A DNA stretch of 64,000 nt from Amoebophrya sp. A120 (GCA_905178155.1 CAJINV010000011.1:3591076-3655075), one strand, 5' to 3'; shown: positions 1 to 13,515, numbered from the stretch's first letter. Notes: generated by a model from the letters alone, not told the origin. Numbers and translations: made by a program.

Positions 1-113
1 CTTGCATTACAAATTTTTTTCTCAAGGTAAATCCGCATTACAGATTTTATTTCTCATGCTGGGAAAATTTGTCATGCATTTTTTTTACGAGTACGATACT
101 TTTGCAGTTCATA
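1..113 (-). mobile_element. Introner family A, partial, reverse orientation
   Basis: Ends tacgagtacgatacttttgcagttcata, the reverse complement of the family A start (tatgaa.tgcaaaagtatcgtactcgta). An open frame FYDISNHDP follows. Confidence 0.85.
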
Positions 114-3100
114 GTTCTACGACATCAGCAATCACGACCCCGCCGAAGGCATGCCGGTCTTCGAGGTACCGCTGGAAGTAGATGAGCTAGTGCAGCTTAT
201 CCTGAGTAAAAACGGACCCACACCAGAGTCAGGATGAGGATTTTGCAACACAAACCTAGGAGTTTTGGGAGTCACGCATGACAAGTTGCACTATGCAGTG
301 TAGTGCAGGTTAGCAAGTGCAGCCGCATCACAGATTCATCTGCTCATCCTGTTCACAGCATCACAAATTCCAAAACACGATTGGAAATGGCTCTCATGGG
401 GATGCGCATTACAAGTCTTCCTGTCTTTGCAAATCTGCATTACAACTCTGGCGTGGGTAGGTTTTTACTCAGGATACAGCTTGAGGACGACGAGGATCTC
501 GGTCGTGCACGACAGGAGCAGGAGCACGAGCCGCAGCTCTTGAAGAAGAGCATTATGGGCGAGGAGGTGGAACATCAAGGGGGCGAGGAGGGAAGACGAA
601 GTAGAGAACAAGCTGAAGCTAGTAGTACTTCTGCTAGAAAAAATAGAAACCAACAAGAGGACGGCGATCATGACAACCACACACAAGCAGCACAACAACA
701 TCTGAATAATGCCGCGAGAGGGGGCGGCGGAGCACCTGCACCGGTTTCAACAAACGGCGCAGAAGGAGCAAGTGGTAGAGGTGCTGTCGGCGGAGAGGTG
801 GACCCCTCCGATTTAGAAGAAGACAACGAGCAAGGTATTCAACTTCAAACGTCGGAAGGACCCTCGACGCAATCCACGGGGTGGCAGACGTTCGCGCGGA
901 CCAGGAGAGAGGGAAGGAGACGGACGCGCGTGTTGACCAGCACAAGTAGTCCGAGTAATAATTTATTTCCACCATCTTCTGGTTCTCCTGGTCCTGCTGC
1001 ACCTCCGCGAGGTGGCGGGCAAGAACGGCAACTGAGCAACGGAAGTTCGAGTTATACCAAAGGCACGATGGGTTCTTCAACAACCAGGAAGGTCTTTTCA
1101 TCCTCATCTTCCCAGGGCGGGGCGGAGGAGGTCAACACATTACTAGAGAGTGCTGACAAGTCGTCGGTGAAGGTAGGTGTGGGGCGCGGGTTATTCCGAG
1201 TAAAAACGTCCCCACCCCAGAGTTGTCATGCAAATATGCGTGCCAAAAAAGTTTCTCATGCAGAGCGCCATAAGAAGCATTTTCTTCTCGTGTTTTGGAG
1301 TCTGTGATGATAGAATTAGCATGATATGCTAGATCTGTGATGCTGCGGACCTGCTAGCTAAACAGGATTACACTATGAGGGCAAACTTGTCATGCGAAAC
1401 AACAAAAGCTAGTTGATTTGTCTAGCAGATTTCCCATCTTGTTCTTGACCCTGGTGTGGTTATGTTTTTGCTCAGGATACGGGTTTGTGCGGAAACTACT
1501 CTCCGTGATGCAGAACATGCAGAACGGGTACAACACGGTTATGGGGCCCTGGGCCAGCCACTACAGCAAGTCGGAAGTAGTGGACAAGATGCCAACTCCC
1601 GGCGAACAGCAGGAGCGAGGCGACGAACCGAATTCCCCGGCGCCCGGAGCAGGGAGGCGTGGGTTGTTCCGAGCGGGGGTCCAGTACACGCCAGCAACCC
1701 ACCACCCCGCAAATAATAACGCGCCCCCCAACAACACCCGGTCGACGGCCACGGCCGATGCACTAAGGCAGCTGCAGGACCAATGGAAAAGGCAGGAAAC
1801 GCCGCAAAGCTGGCCCGACCTGCAGTTCATGGCGAAGGCCCACGGTGTATCCTGAGTAAAAACGTACCCACACCAGAGTCAAGTTGGGGATTTTGCAACA
1901 CAAACCTAGGACTTTTTGGAGTCACGCATGACAAGTTGCACTCCGTAGTGTAGTGCAGGTTAGCAAGTGCAGCTGCGTCACAGATCCGTCTGCTTATCCT
2001 GTTCATAGCATCACAAATTCCAAAACACGACTGAAAATGTCTACCGTGTGTATGCGCATCACAAATGTCCTTGTCATTGCAAATCTGCATGACAACTCTG
2101 GGGTGGGAACGTTTTTCCTCAGGATACGGTGAGGGAGTGAGCGGAGGTGGATGTGGGGGATGTTCATCTCCGGCGGCCGAAGAGGATATGAGAGCCTCAG
2201 AATGGAAATCCTCAAAGTGGAAATAATTTGTGATGCATGAAATGCGACGCAAAAAGCCCTGTATTGCAGAGGACGCAATGGAGGCCGACTATTGTCCTCC
2301 GAGGGTTGAAGAATTGGGGTGCTGTTTAGCACGAGAGAACGGCACCCCTTTGCCTTAACCTGCATGACAGACATGCTTTAAGTGCCCGGGAAATTTGTCA
2401 TGCATCGACTACAAATGGCTCTTCCACTGGAGTCGTTTTTTTGCATTACAAATCATTTTCACTTTGGGGATTTGCAACCTGAGGCTTTCATAGAGGAGGA
2501 CCACGAGATTATGTCAGGCCCATATTCTCTTTCTCCCGCTGCACGACGCCCGAAATTTTTTGGCAAAAATCAGAATCAAGGCACTCCTGCTAGTGCGAAG
2601 AACGACCAAAAGGAACAGAATAAGGAAATGAAGCCGGGTCACTACATTCTGAAAGTGCTGCAAGTGTACATGAGCTTTCGGAAGCTGCAGCAATTTGATT
2701 CCGTCACCATCGTCGGTCACAGCCTCGGCGGCGCGTGTATGGCGTTCTCAAGCGTTACATTCTCAACTGTTACATGATTTGTCATGCAGAATGAGCATCA
2801 ACGTCCACACGCATGACAAATTTTTGAAGGGCTAAACAGCATGGGAATCTGCGCCAAATTTGTAATGCAAGAGTTGCAAGATCCGCCCTTTCCCTGTTGC
2901 CATTCTTGCATGACAAATCCATGTAACAGTTGAGAATGTAACAATTGAGAATCCCATAGCGTGCGCGCTGATGACGCACGCATTTGCCTGGCTCAGTCGG
3001 GATCTGCCGGAGAAAGTCCGATATCAAATGTAAAAATGTCTGGGTCTGGAAGATTGCAACTTGTCATGCTAAATCTGCAGCATGCAAAAATCTGTGTTGC

Positions 3101-6100
3101 ATGATTACCAAAAGTCGTCCAGTTTTGACCAAGTCGGGAGGTAGTTTCTCATGCAGGATAGGCATTAATAAGGTCTCGCAGAATCTGTCATGCTAGGTCC
3201 TGCATTCCAGACCTCATGGGTCATGGAAAAGCAGCATGACAAGTCTCGAACTCTTCCAGACCCAGACACTTTTACATTTGATATCCAACCGGATCAAGAA
3301 CTACAGCCGGTGCTAGTATCAAATGTAAAAATGTCTGGGTCTGGAAGGTTGGAACTTGTCATGCTAAATCTGAAGCATGCAAAAATCTGTGTTGCATGAT
3401 TACCAAAAGTCGTCCAGTTTTGACCAAGTCGGGAGGGAGTTTCTCATGCAGGATAGGCATGAGAGAGATCGCACAGAGTCTGTCATGCTAGGTCCTGCAT
3501 CCCAGACCTCCAGGGTCATGGAAAAGCTGCATGACAAATCGCGCAATCTTCCAGACCCAGACATTTTTGCATTTGATAGCTAGCGCAGCAGTACTACTCG
3601 GAATGGTCCACCACAGGAAGCAAATCGAGCACCGACAGGCTAAATGCACTTGTTCTCGGCAGTAGTACTACTACACAATCTCCGGTGGTAGAAGTTGTAG
3701 AGCCGGGAATAAATACAAATACGGTGCAGCGTCAGCAGATCGGCGCAACCGTGCGGATTATGCGAGAGAATACCACGACCGGGGATGTGCAGGTGATGCA
3801 GGTTCCAGTGCCGCAGCCCGATCAGGCCCTGTTTCCGCAACAAGATAGCCTCACGTCCTTATCGGGGTTATTTCCGTTGCAGAGCATCCGGGAAGCAGAT
3901 GAGGCGGGCAAGGGAAACGGAACGTCGCAGCCGCGGCAGCAGGTCGTGCATGAGTGCTTTTGAATTTATTATCGTCAATATGGTTTTCTTTTTTTGATGA
4001 TGATGATGTGTTGTTCATCGTGGCAAGAACTTTTTCCTCCTACCTGCGTAGGAGTAAGAGAAGCGGTCCTCCTCGCGTTTGAAGCATGTGAAAAATGTGA
4101 GACGACGAGGAGGGAGGACAGACAGGATTTTACTCGCCCGCACAGAAACATGATTGAGACAAATATGAAAAAAATCAGGCAGCCGCGCGACTGCCAGAGG
4201 ATAATGGTGGCCGCCGAGGTACTAGCAAAGCGTCTGGTAGCGCTGCGCAGCTCGTGCGGCGGAATAGCAAAGAAAAGCCTGGTATGCATATCAAATATGT
4301 CTGGAGCTTTCTGTGGAGCACTGAATGAAACTTGTCATGCGAAGTCTCGGTTGTGAAAAAGTCTGTGTTGCACGGTTACCAAAAGTTGTCCACCTTTGAC
4401 CAATTTCCGAGGAAGTTTATCATGCAGGATGGGCAAGAGAACGATCTCGTCCCAGAATCCGTCATGCTATGTCGTGCACACCAGACCTCATGGGTCGTGG
4501 AAAACGTGCATGACAAGTCTTGCAATCTTCTTCCAGACCCAGACGCAGACATATTTGCATTGGATACAACCTGGTAGCGGCCCCCTCCTGGGTTTCTCAT
4601 CGCGGAACCGGTTGGCCAGCGTCGCCAGCATGGGAAATTTTCGACCCCCCGTAGACGAAACGGGGGCGCGCCTGGACCACGAGTCGCCGGAGTACCTCTT
4701 CTACGAGTTTTGGCGACACATGAAGGACCTGGAGCGGTTGTGGCGGTCCGTGTTGGGGCGCACTCGGCACCAAGACAAGGAGCAGGCAGTCAAGTTGTTT
4801 CACACCTTTGCCCACTCGCCGGCACCACCTTTTCAAATCATGAATCAAGGTCTTATTTTTATTCTGACTGCGTCGTTTTTACGCATGAGTATCATGTCTA
4901 TTTGTCTTAAGTTCGCAGACGTTCGTAGTTCTAGTTTCTGTTTGGTCTTCTAGCTGACCACCTACAGTATGACCTCGTGCATTGAATCTGCTCGCATGAA
5001 GCATATTTACATTCTTGTAGTTGGGATTAGTACGCTCACGTTGAAGTTCTGTAAAGTAAGTAACCCAATATGTTGTTGTCTCAACTACCGCCATTATACA
5101 CTCAACTTACATGAAGGTCTGAATGAGCAGGAGGTTACGGATTTCGGAGCTTACATGCAAAAAGCGGACACGTTTTTGCTGCATAACCTGGCACCCCAGT
5201 GGCGCCGGAACGTGGACACAATTGCAAAAGCGCCTCCATTAACATCCGAAAAATACACAGCCTCTGGGTCATCTGGGGCCACGCTTGAGTTCGGTCTTTC
5301 CTCCTTCCGAGAAATGCGGCGCGAAACCAGCATCGGGTCGCAAGTGCGGGCCTTTTTTGACGATGAAGCAGCATCGAGGTCAAAAGATGTAGTTGACACA
5401 GAATTTTTATCTACAACATGCCCAGCGGTGGAGCAGGATCACAATCACAATCGACGTCATCTTCAGTGGTCCCGAGGAGGGCTCGCACTGTGTGCACGAC
5501 GACCCGACGCATCTTCTCCCGATTTATTTCTAGATCCGCCTCAACAACAAGAACCAGAAGACCCACCTAGGGAAGATCCAGCGAACCAAACACGGCCTGA
5601 CCGCGTCCATGGGATCCAGGGAGCAGAAGTTCCTGGTCGTAGTTCCTTATTGGGACGTCGCGTTCAATATGAACCGCAAAAGTATCGCACTCGTATAAAT
5701 GCATTACAAATTTTAATTTCGTCAGCGTGAGAAATGAAATTTGTAAGGCAGATTGACCTTAAGAAAAGGATTTGGCATATTATGCATGATTGCAATACGA
5801 GTGCGATACTTTATTTGCACAGGATATTGAATGTTCCGGGAGGAGTGCCATCAACCAACAAAACACAACATCGACGACAGTGCCATCAACCTCGGGAATC
5901 GCAGGAAGTTGTGCAGCAGAACTTGGCGGGTCATCGTCCTCGTTGCTAAGGAGCAGAGGACGGAGCAGCAGGGCTGTACTGTTCAAGGAGGTCGCGGAGG
6001 TGGAGGAAATACAAATAGATGCGAGTTCTAGTGCGGGTATAATTCATTGCATGTGAGCTCCTGCCGCTTTTGGAGGCTCTATTACTTCGGATTATCGTGG

Positions 6101-8414
6101 CTGCAGGGCATTTGTTATTTTTTTGAAATCTGGTTGTAGCTGTTGCTGTAGTTGTATCCAAGCCTACCTCGAATAACAAAAAACTGGTTGCGATTTTCTC
6201 TACCCCAAGAACTGAAATAAAATATTCAACCTGAGGCCCCTCCACACCACCTGTGAGTCGACCGTCGTTAGGCAACAAATCGCCGACCACAAGCTTCCCA
6301 AGCTTCAGTTCCTTAAAATCTCTTCCTCCCGTACCGCGTACGCAGCTGGACGTGCGTCTCCCGCAGCTGGACCACCTCCCCCTCTCTTCACCGGACGACC
6401 TAGACCGACCGCACGGAGTGACGATGTTTGTGTACGGTGACGATCCAGTGCCGCGCATGAGCAAGCGGTGGCCGGGACTGGGACCCAGCCTCGGCAGTGT
6501 GTTTGAGCGCTTGAATATCCACAGTAAATTTCTTGTACACGTACAAATGCGGTGTCTGCATGGCAAAACTTGGCTTCGATCCTAGTTTAGCATGACAAGT
6601 TTCACACTCCAAATTGGGGAAATTTGTGATGCATCTTGTACATGTACTACGGGAAATTTGTAATGCATACTGAACATCCTGGAGGGGCTGCACTTTGACC
6701 TCTGCCACCCACCGGTTTCTCAGGTGTTTTTCCTGTCGCGCGGTACCTTATGGAAGCGTCAGGTTTGAAATCGACAAAGTTGAAATGATTTGTCATGCAT
6801 AAAATGGATACCAGCTGGAAGCCCAATTCCCAAGCGGCCCATGACAAATTTTCGGAGCACCGGAATCCAATTTGTCATGCTGTTTGGGCACAGAAGACTG
6901 CTTTTGTCGTGCTCTTTTAGCAGCTCTATCCCAAACCCTAAATAGGCTCACAATCTGCCTCACTTGCCATCCCGGCAATACAGACACCTCATGCCTTGCA
7001 TTTTATGCATCACAGACTATTTCAACTTCGACGATTTCAATCCTGACACTACCATATACCTGGGACGCGCTCAACTGGGGCGTACCGGAGGGGGTGCTGA
7101 AAAATAGGGTAGCTGGATCATTTTTTCAAACTGAAACTTCTTGATGACGCAGAGTGCTAGCACACAAGAAGTTGTGCTTCCTCATAACCTCTATTTAGAT
7201 TTTTGATCGCCGCTTTCACGAAACGAAATTATCAAACCGAAACACTAATACACAATGAACAAAAACTCATCCTTCTGCGTTGCAGGAAAACCACAAGACA
7301 CACAACACTACTTATATCAGCGCACCGGCTTCGCCCGCTTTTTCACGGACTATCTGGTTTCTGAACCCGAGTTGTTTCGGCTGCAGAATCCGACAGATGC
7401 GAGTAGTGCGAACCCAAATCCCATCAACGAGGCAAAATTGTTTGACCCAGTGCAGTTGTTGTTTGGGTTGCACCTGTTCAACCCGCTAAATCAGTAAGGG
7501 AAGAAGCGAAAAAATATTTCTTGTCCTCACTGCGCCTTGTTGCAATAATGTACTGTTCAGCTGCAACTTGTTCGCATTGCTTCCTGTGCATAATATGCGA
7601 GCAGCCTGCGGATGAAAGGGTGGATAAAGTGGCCACGAGGCTGCAGCTAACAAACAAGACGAGTTAGAACGTTATGTACAGATATGATGCGAACGAGCGA
7701 CCGCAAGGCGAAGTTGAGATGACGATGATGCTTTTTTCTCATACGCCCCTGCACTCATTTATGAAATGCAAAAGCATCGTACTAGTATGAATTGCAACAC
7801 AAATTGGCTCAGCATTACAAAGAAATTGAATTTGTAAACAAATTTGCCTTAGGAACTGGATTTGTAACGCATGAATGCAATTACAATTAGTACGAGTGCG
7901 ATACTTTTGCATTGGATATCATTCAACCGGTTCGCGGAACACTTCAACGAGTATGAGAGTGCACAATTCCACCCCCTCCTCCTCATTTGTCATGCAAAAT
8001 ACCCAGTCCAGGACACTCCCTAACAAAATACTCAGTAGGACAAAATCTCCACCTTTTGCCTCTTCTTGGCACTGTTTGCATGACAAGCTCTGGTAGCCCA
8101 AGTAGCACTACACTCCAGTGCAAATTTGTCATGCGGTGCCGGCAATCTTGCTGATGCTTGTACTGCCGTTCACGCTGTACAAATGAGGCGGAGGGGGAGT
8201 TGTGCACTGTCATCGCGAGATGACGGGCGGCGCTGGACGTATGGTGCAGGTTCCGGGAGAAACAATTCCGGAGGTGGAGCGAAGTGTTCGGGGCACCAAG
8301 GATTCTTCGGCCCCAGCGGAGGAAGGAGACAATTTTGCCGAATTCGCGTCTTTATCAAACAGCGGGGAGGGATTCCTTGACAATCGTAGTCAATTTTTGG
8401 CGATAAATTACTGA
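114..8414 (+). CDS. Class 3 lipase-like alpha/beta-hydrolase, 5'-partial, multi-exon (14 TIR/DR introners plus about 5 conventional introns)
   Basis: Removing each element plus one DR joins the ORFs in frame: ELVQL|EDDE, GRG|FVRK, AHG|EG, AEE|EDHE, GHSLGGA|CALM, ERL|NILE, RGT|WDAL, LHS|FNRFAEHFNE|MTGG. Motifs appear in lipase_3 order: VTIVGHSLGG (~2703-2732), TFAHSPAPP (~4805), YGDDPVPR (~6433-6456), candidate catalytic His in LHSF (~7750). In-phase GT-AG introns at ~3943-4178, 4850-5116 and 6037-6235. Junctions near 7107-7285 and 7494-7744 are unresolved. Confidence 0.72.
198..476 (+). mobile_element. Introner family B (279 bp), DR cagct
   Basis: TIR tatcctgagtaaaaac/gtttttactcaggata; cagct at 193-197 and 477-481; removal restores the frame. 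Confidence 0.93.
1192..1479 (-). mobile_element. Introner family B (288 bp), reverse orientation, DR cgggt
   Basis: TIR tattccgagtaaaaac/gtttttgctcaggata. The interior matches the reverse complement of 198-476. Removal joins ORF 303-1307 to ORF 1418-1855 (VGRG|FVRK). Confidence 0.92.
1848..2126 (+). mobile_element. Introner family B (279 bp), DR cggtg
   Basis: Colinear with 198-476 and the same length; cggtg at 1843-1847 and 2127-2131. Confidence 0.93.
2187..2492 (-). mobile_element. Introner family C (306 bp), DR gagga, opposite orientation to the 6749 and 18154 copies
   Basis: TIR tatgagagcctcag/ctgaggctttcata, extending imperfectly for about 50 bp; removal gives AEEEDHEIM. Confidence 0.9.
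2738..2958. mobile_element. Introner family D (221 bp), DR gcgtg
   Basis: TIR tatgg..ttctcaa..gttacattctcaactgttacatg / catgtaacagttgagaatgtaac..ttgagaa.cccata. Inserted immediately after the GHSLGGA codons. Confidence 0.9.
3022..3283 (+). mobile_element. Introner family E (262 bp), DR tccga/tccaa
   Basis: TIR tatcaaatgtaaaa.tgtctgggtctggaag / cttccagacccagaca.ttttacatttgata. Confidence 0.9.
3317..3578 (+). mobile_element. Introner family E (262 bp), DR gctag
   Basis: Same length as and highly similar to 3022-3283; gctag at 3312-3316 and 3579-3583. Confidence 0.92.
4283..4566 (+). mobile_element. Diverged family E-like introner
   Basis: Interior similar to family E, ending ccagacccagacgcagacatatttgcattggata. 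The DR is irregular (cctgg recurs 3 nt after the end), but removing the element plus 5 nt or plus 8 nt keeps the frame. Confidence 0.75.
5668..5826 (+). mobile_element. Introner family A (159 bp), DR ttcaa/ttgaa
   Basis: TIR core aaagtatcgcactcgtat/atacgagtgcgatacttt. Very similar to 40015-40162. Joins ORF 4969 to ORF 5790. Confidence 0.9.
6516..6669 (+). mobile_element. Introner family F (154 bp), DR ttgaa/ctgaa
   Basis: Runs tatccacagtaaattt...ttgtacatgtactacgggaaatttgtaatgcata. Homologous to 25131-25296. Confidence 0.87.
6749..7056 (+). mobile_element. Introner family C (308 bp), DR tacct
   Basis: Long imperfect TIR tatggaagcgtcagg.ttgaaatcg/cgatttcaa.cctgacactaccata. Colinear with 18154-18460. 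Confidence 0.92.
7760..7918 (+). mobile_element. Introner family A (159 bp), DR tcatt
   Basis: tatgaaatgcaaaagcatcgtactagta ... tacgagtgcgatacttttgcattggata; tcatt on both sides. Confidence 0.88.
7952..8214 (+). mobile_element. Introner family G (263 bp), DR acgag/gcgag
   Basis: TIR atgagagtgcacaa/ttgtgcactgtcat, ending ATC rather than ATA. Homologous to 48963-49211. Confidence 0.85.
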
Positions 8415-9722
8415 AAAACAAAATGATATTACATCAAAACAGCAATACATGATATAATTACAGCAGCTGAAATGACAATGAGATTTAAAGATCAACGCTT
8501 ACTAAGTTTCGCAAGATCGCAGGAGTGCTCTCCCTCTCGCGACTAGCGATAATATAGATCTTACATTTACAGGCTCAGGTACTTGTCCAGTTCCAATCTC
8601 ATCGACCCGGTTTGTCGTGAAGCTTTTGAGTTAGAAGGACCGCGAGAGGCTCTCCTCCTCCCTTCTTCTCGTTTTAGTGTAGACAGCAGCTCCGTAGTAC
8701 AGTATTGAGTCAAATAAAACTAAAAATCGGCACATTGAAATTGAATATGATGAATTCGAGTTCGACATTGATTTAAAGACATTCTTTCGTGTCCTTTCGG
8801 TTTCAAGAGCTTTATCACGTCGAAGATGGCGCAAAGCGGAGTCGGACACACTTCTACAATAACGAAAAGGCTCTCGTCCTGTCTCGATGTAAGAACACTC
8901 AAAATGCAAATAACCTTTCTTGCGAAATAATGACAGATTATATCTTACTGAGTTCGACGAGCAGGATTTTGATTTTCATTTTGCTGTCTACCTTTTAAGT
9001 AATTCGCCTGCGTTTATTATCCCTGGATACAGCGGATTCGGAGAAGAATAAACCAGGCGGCGCTCATCTATGTGGTCAACGAAAAGCGACATTCATATTG
9101 TTATTGGCTTTCTTTATGTTTCTTTTTTGATTTGGAAGTTCTAGTTCTTCATTTGGCGTGCCGGCTAAAAGGCACCCCAAATTGGATATTCTAAATGCGA
9201 CAACACCTCGTCTAAAAGTAAAACCCGGGACGAGCCCGTTTAGAAGCTGAGGCATTGTAGGTATCAGCCTCATTGCTTTGGTATGTGCCGTGCGCCAAAC
9301 TGCCCTGTCAATGGTTTTCCGTTGTTCTAAAGAAACTCGACTCTACAACTGCAGACAGAAGAATCTGAAGGATGAAGCCCTGTCATGTTTTGGGCAGAGA
9401 TCCAAAATTCTAAATTTTCAATTGTGTTGAAAAAAATGAAAAGAGATCACGCTCGGACATGAACATGATCTTTAATTGGGAAATCCTGGTGTGTTTTTTC
9501 ATGCAAAGAATTGTTTTTTCGATTCGAATTGTTCGGTCCAAAACTGACAATTTTTTCTCCACTTTGTGCCTGGCAGCCTGATTGAAAACACTAGACTCAC
9601 AACTCGTATTTCTACAGCATTTCTTCTTCTTGAAGCTGTATTTTTGAAAGCAACACTAAACACAATCTCCTCGGGTGTCTCACTTCTTGTATACGCAGAT
9701 CTACTAAGACTAACCGTGGTAA

Positions 9723-11221
<1,499 letters not shown>

Positions 11222-12628
11222 GTAGAAGTCATTGGGGAAATTAGTGTTTCATATCAGGCGGGTCATGCTGGTTTACGATTATCTTAAATTTTCGTCTTTA
11301 ACGGCGAATTGTTCGCATTTCGAAAGCAAGACAGCCCGAAAAAGATAACTACAGTTACGCAGCTGGGGTTGTCGCGAGACACATCAACTGTATCTTCACT
11401 TTGTGGATGATCATCTCGGAAGAACTTCTATAGATCATTTTTATCGATGTAACCTTCGCAGCATGATGTTGAAAGTACATTGCAGAGACTTTTTTAGATT
11501 TCAAATGAACCACGAATTTTGTGCGCCGGCCTTGTGATGAAAAGAAGTCAACTGGTTAATGGATCTAAATTATTCGTCGAATTTGCTGCAATGGCAACAA
11601 ACATGGGCCCATGCGCAATCTCATTCTAATCTGTACGGTAAAAATCTACTACGCCGAAAGATGAATATGCAAGACAGGAAATCTCTGAATTTACTTACTC
11701 GCATAGGCCATAGAATCCACATCGCACCCGTGCTGTGTGAGCACGAGCATAGTTTTTTACCACAGACAATTAGGGATCGATTGTCCAACACTAAAGGCTG
11801 CAGACATCGCAACATTTTTTAATGAAAGCTTTATGAAAGATTTAGATTTTTACAGCCTTGAATGATTCTGGATTCAGTTAAGAAGACCCGTTGTACATCT
11901 TATTTTGTCGATCAGGAATAAACTTTTAGATTTACTTCCTTACGTCATTGAATTTTCCCGCAACGAAAGTCATTTAGAAGTAGTACTCAGTATCTCTATC
12001 TTTCAAAAGAATAGCCCGTTATACCCTCTATTAGGCCACAATCTGATCTCACCCGATTTCTTTAGCCCAGTTTACGATTTCTTTTGAAGCCACACCGTAC
12101 TGTGATGTGTTTCGCTTCCACTCCGTTCTCTCCCTGCGAGATAAATTTGAGCAGCGATTGAATACATGGAACACGTTGCAGCATGAGTGGAAGACGCTTC
12201 ATTTCTTTTTCCCAAAACATTTATTTTCCACACCGCACAAACAAGTGAAAAGAAACTTCAGGTTTAGAGAGTGTAGGAAGGCGCGGAGTTCTAATGCACT
12301 ACCCATGATCATGGACATGAACTACAGGCGCATTGAAGGGAAGTGCGTTGTTTGTGCGAATTCGGCATGAAAAGCCGGATGTTGTTCCTTCTGCTTTCTC
12401 CTTTAGAGATTGACTTGGATACAGATACTCCGCAGTCAGGAGCTGGGGTTCATGCCAGACGATCCCGTAAGGTATTTGATAAGAGTGCGACTGCGAATCC
12501 TCACCGAAGATCCTGAAAGAGAAAGACAGGAAAAGCAGTTTTTTTCTGCCAACCCGCTTTGAATCAGATCTAGGGCACGACACACGTAGAGCGACTCTTC
12601 TTTTTGTCGTGAATAATCGTGAAAGAAG

Positions 12629-13515
12629 ATGCGGTCTTTGTACACTCTCGCCCTCGTTGGCTGCATTACTGTGGCGGATGCTTTTATGCTGAAGAAGCTG
12701 GCAAAGAAGAATCGCGACAAGCTGAATCCAGGGGAGATCGCGGAAGTTCTGCGCGCGAAGAGCAACTCCGCCAAGACCATGGTGAACACGAACGAGTTGC
12801 CCGTGGCCTGCCAATATGCATTGTAAAAGTATCCTCGCGCTCGTACTAACTGCAATGACTATGCCTATGCGCGGCAACTTGCGTCCTTAATGTATGCAGA
12901 AAAGCATGAGAAATTCCAGGTCCTCCCATGCTGAGCTTCAAATTTGTAATGCATTTTGTGCTAAGTGCGATACTTTTGCAATGCATAGCGAAGCCATCCA
13001 GTGTGCCAACATCGCGGACATCTGCCCGTTGGACATCGTGTGGGAGAAGGGCGCTTGCTGCCCGGTGTGCCAGACCGAGGGCTTCAAGCCGGGCATGCCG
13101 CCGGTCACGGATGAGTACCTGGTCGAAATGTGGGAGGGTGCCGACATGGCCTCGGTAAGCAAGGTGAAGTTGTATGTGTGTGGGTCGATGAAGGCACATT
13201 TTGAATTTTGCAAAAAATACTAATACTTGAAATCAAAATCTGGCGCGACAAACCCACCCAAGAACGGCATTGATGTGTCCTCTCCCTCTGTGTGTTTGAT
13301 GCGGTATCGTGATCTAGCTTGTTATGACGAGAGTGGGCAAAAGCGGCCGTGGGTCGGTGATTTAAAGAAGCTGGATAAGCATCGATCTTATTCACTCACG
13401 CGTTTTCATCCTTTCATAGCCGTGCAAGGACGTGAAGTGCTTCCGCCTCCAGTGCCCGAAGGGAGAAAAGCCGGCTGCGCCGTCCGGCGGCTGCTGCAAG
13501 GTCTGCAAGAAGTAA
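12629..13515 (+). CDS. Small secreted Cys-rich protein with two partial VWC-like repeats; exons 12629-12814, 12993-13154, 13420-13515
   Basis: Signal-peptide-like MRSLYTLALVGCITVADA. Repeats C.AIQC....CP.....KGACCPVC and CKDVKC..LQCP.....SGGCCKVC. One introner and one GT-AG intron (13155-13419), both in phase. Confidence 0.8.
12815..12987 (-). mobile_element. Introner family A-like (173 bp), DR gccaa/gcgaa
   Basis: TIR tatgcattg.aaaagtatc/gatacttttgcaatgcata; removal gives VAC(Q/E)AIQC. The orientation call is tentative. Confidence 0.85.
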
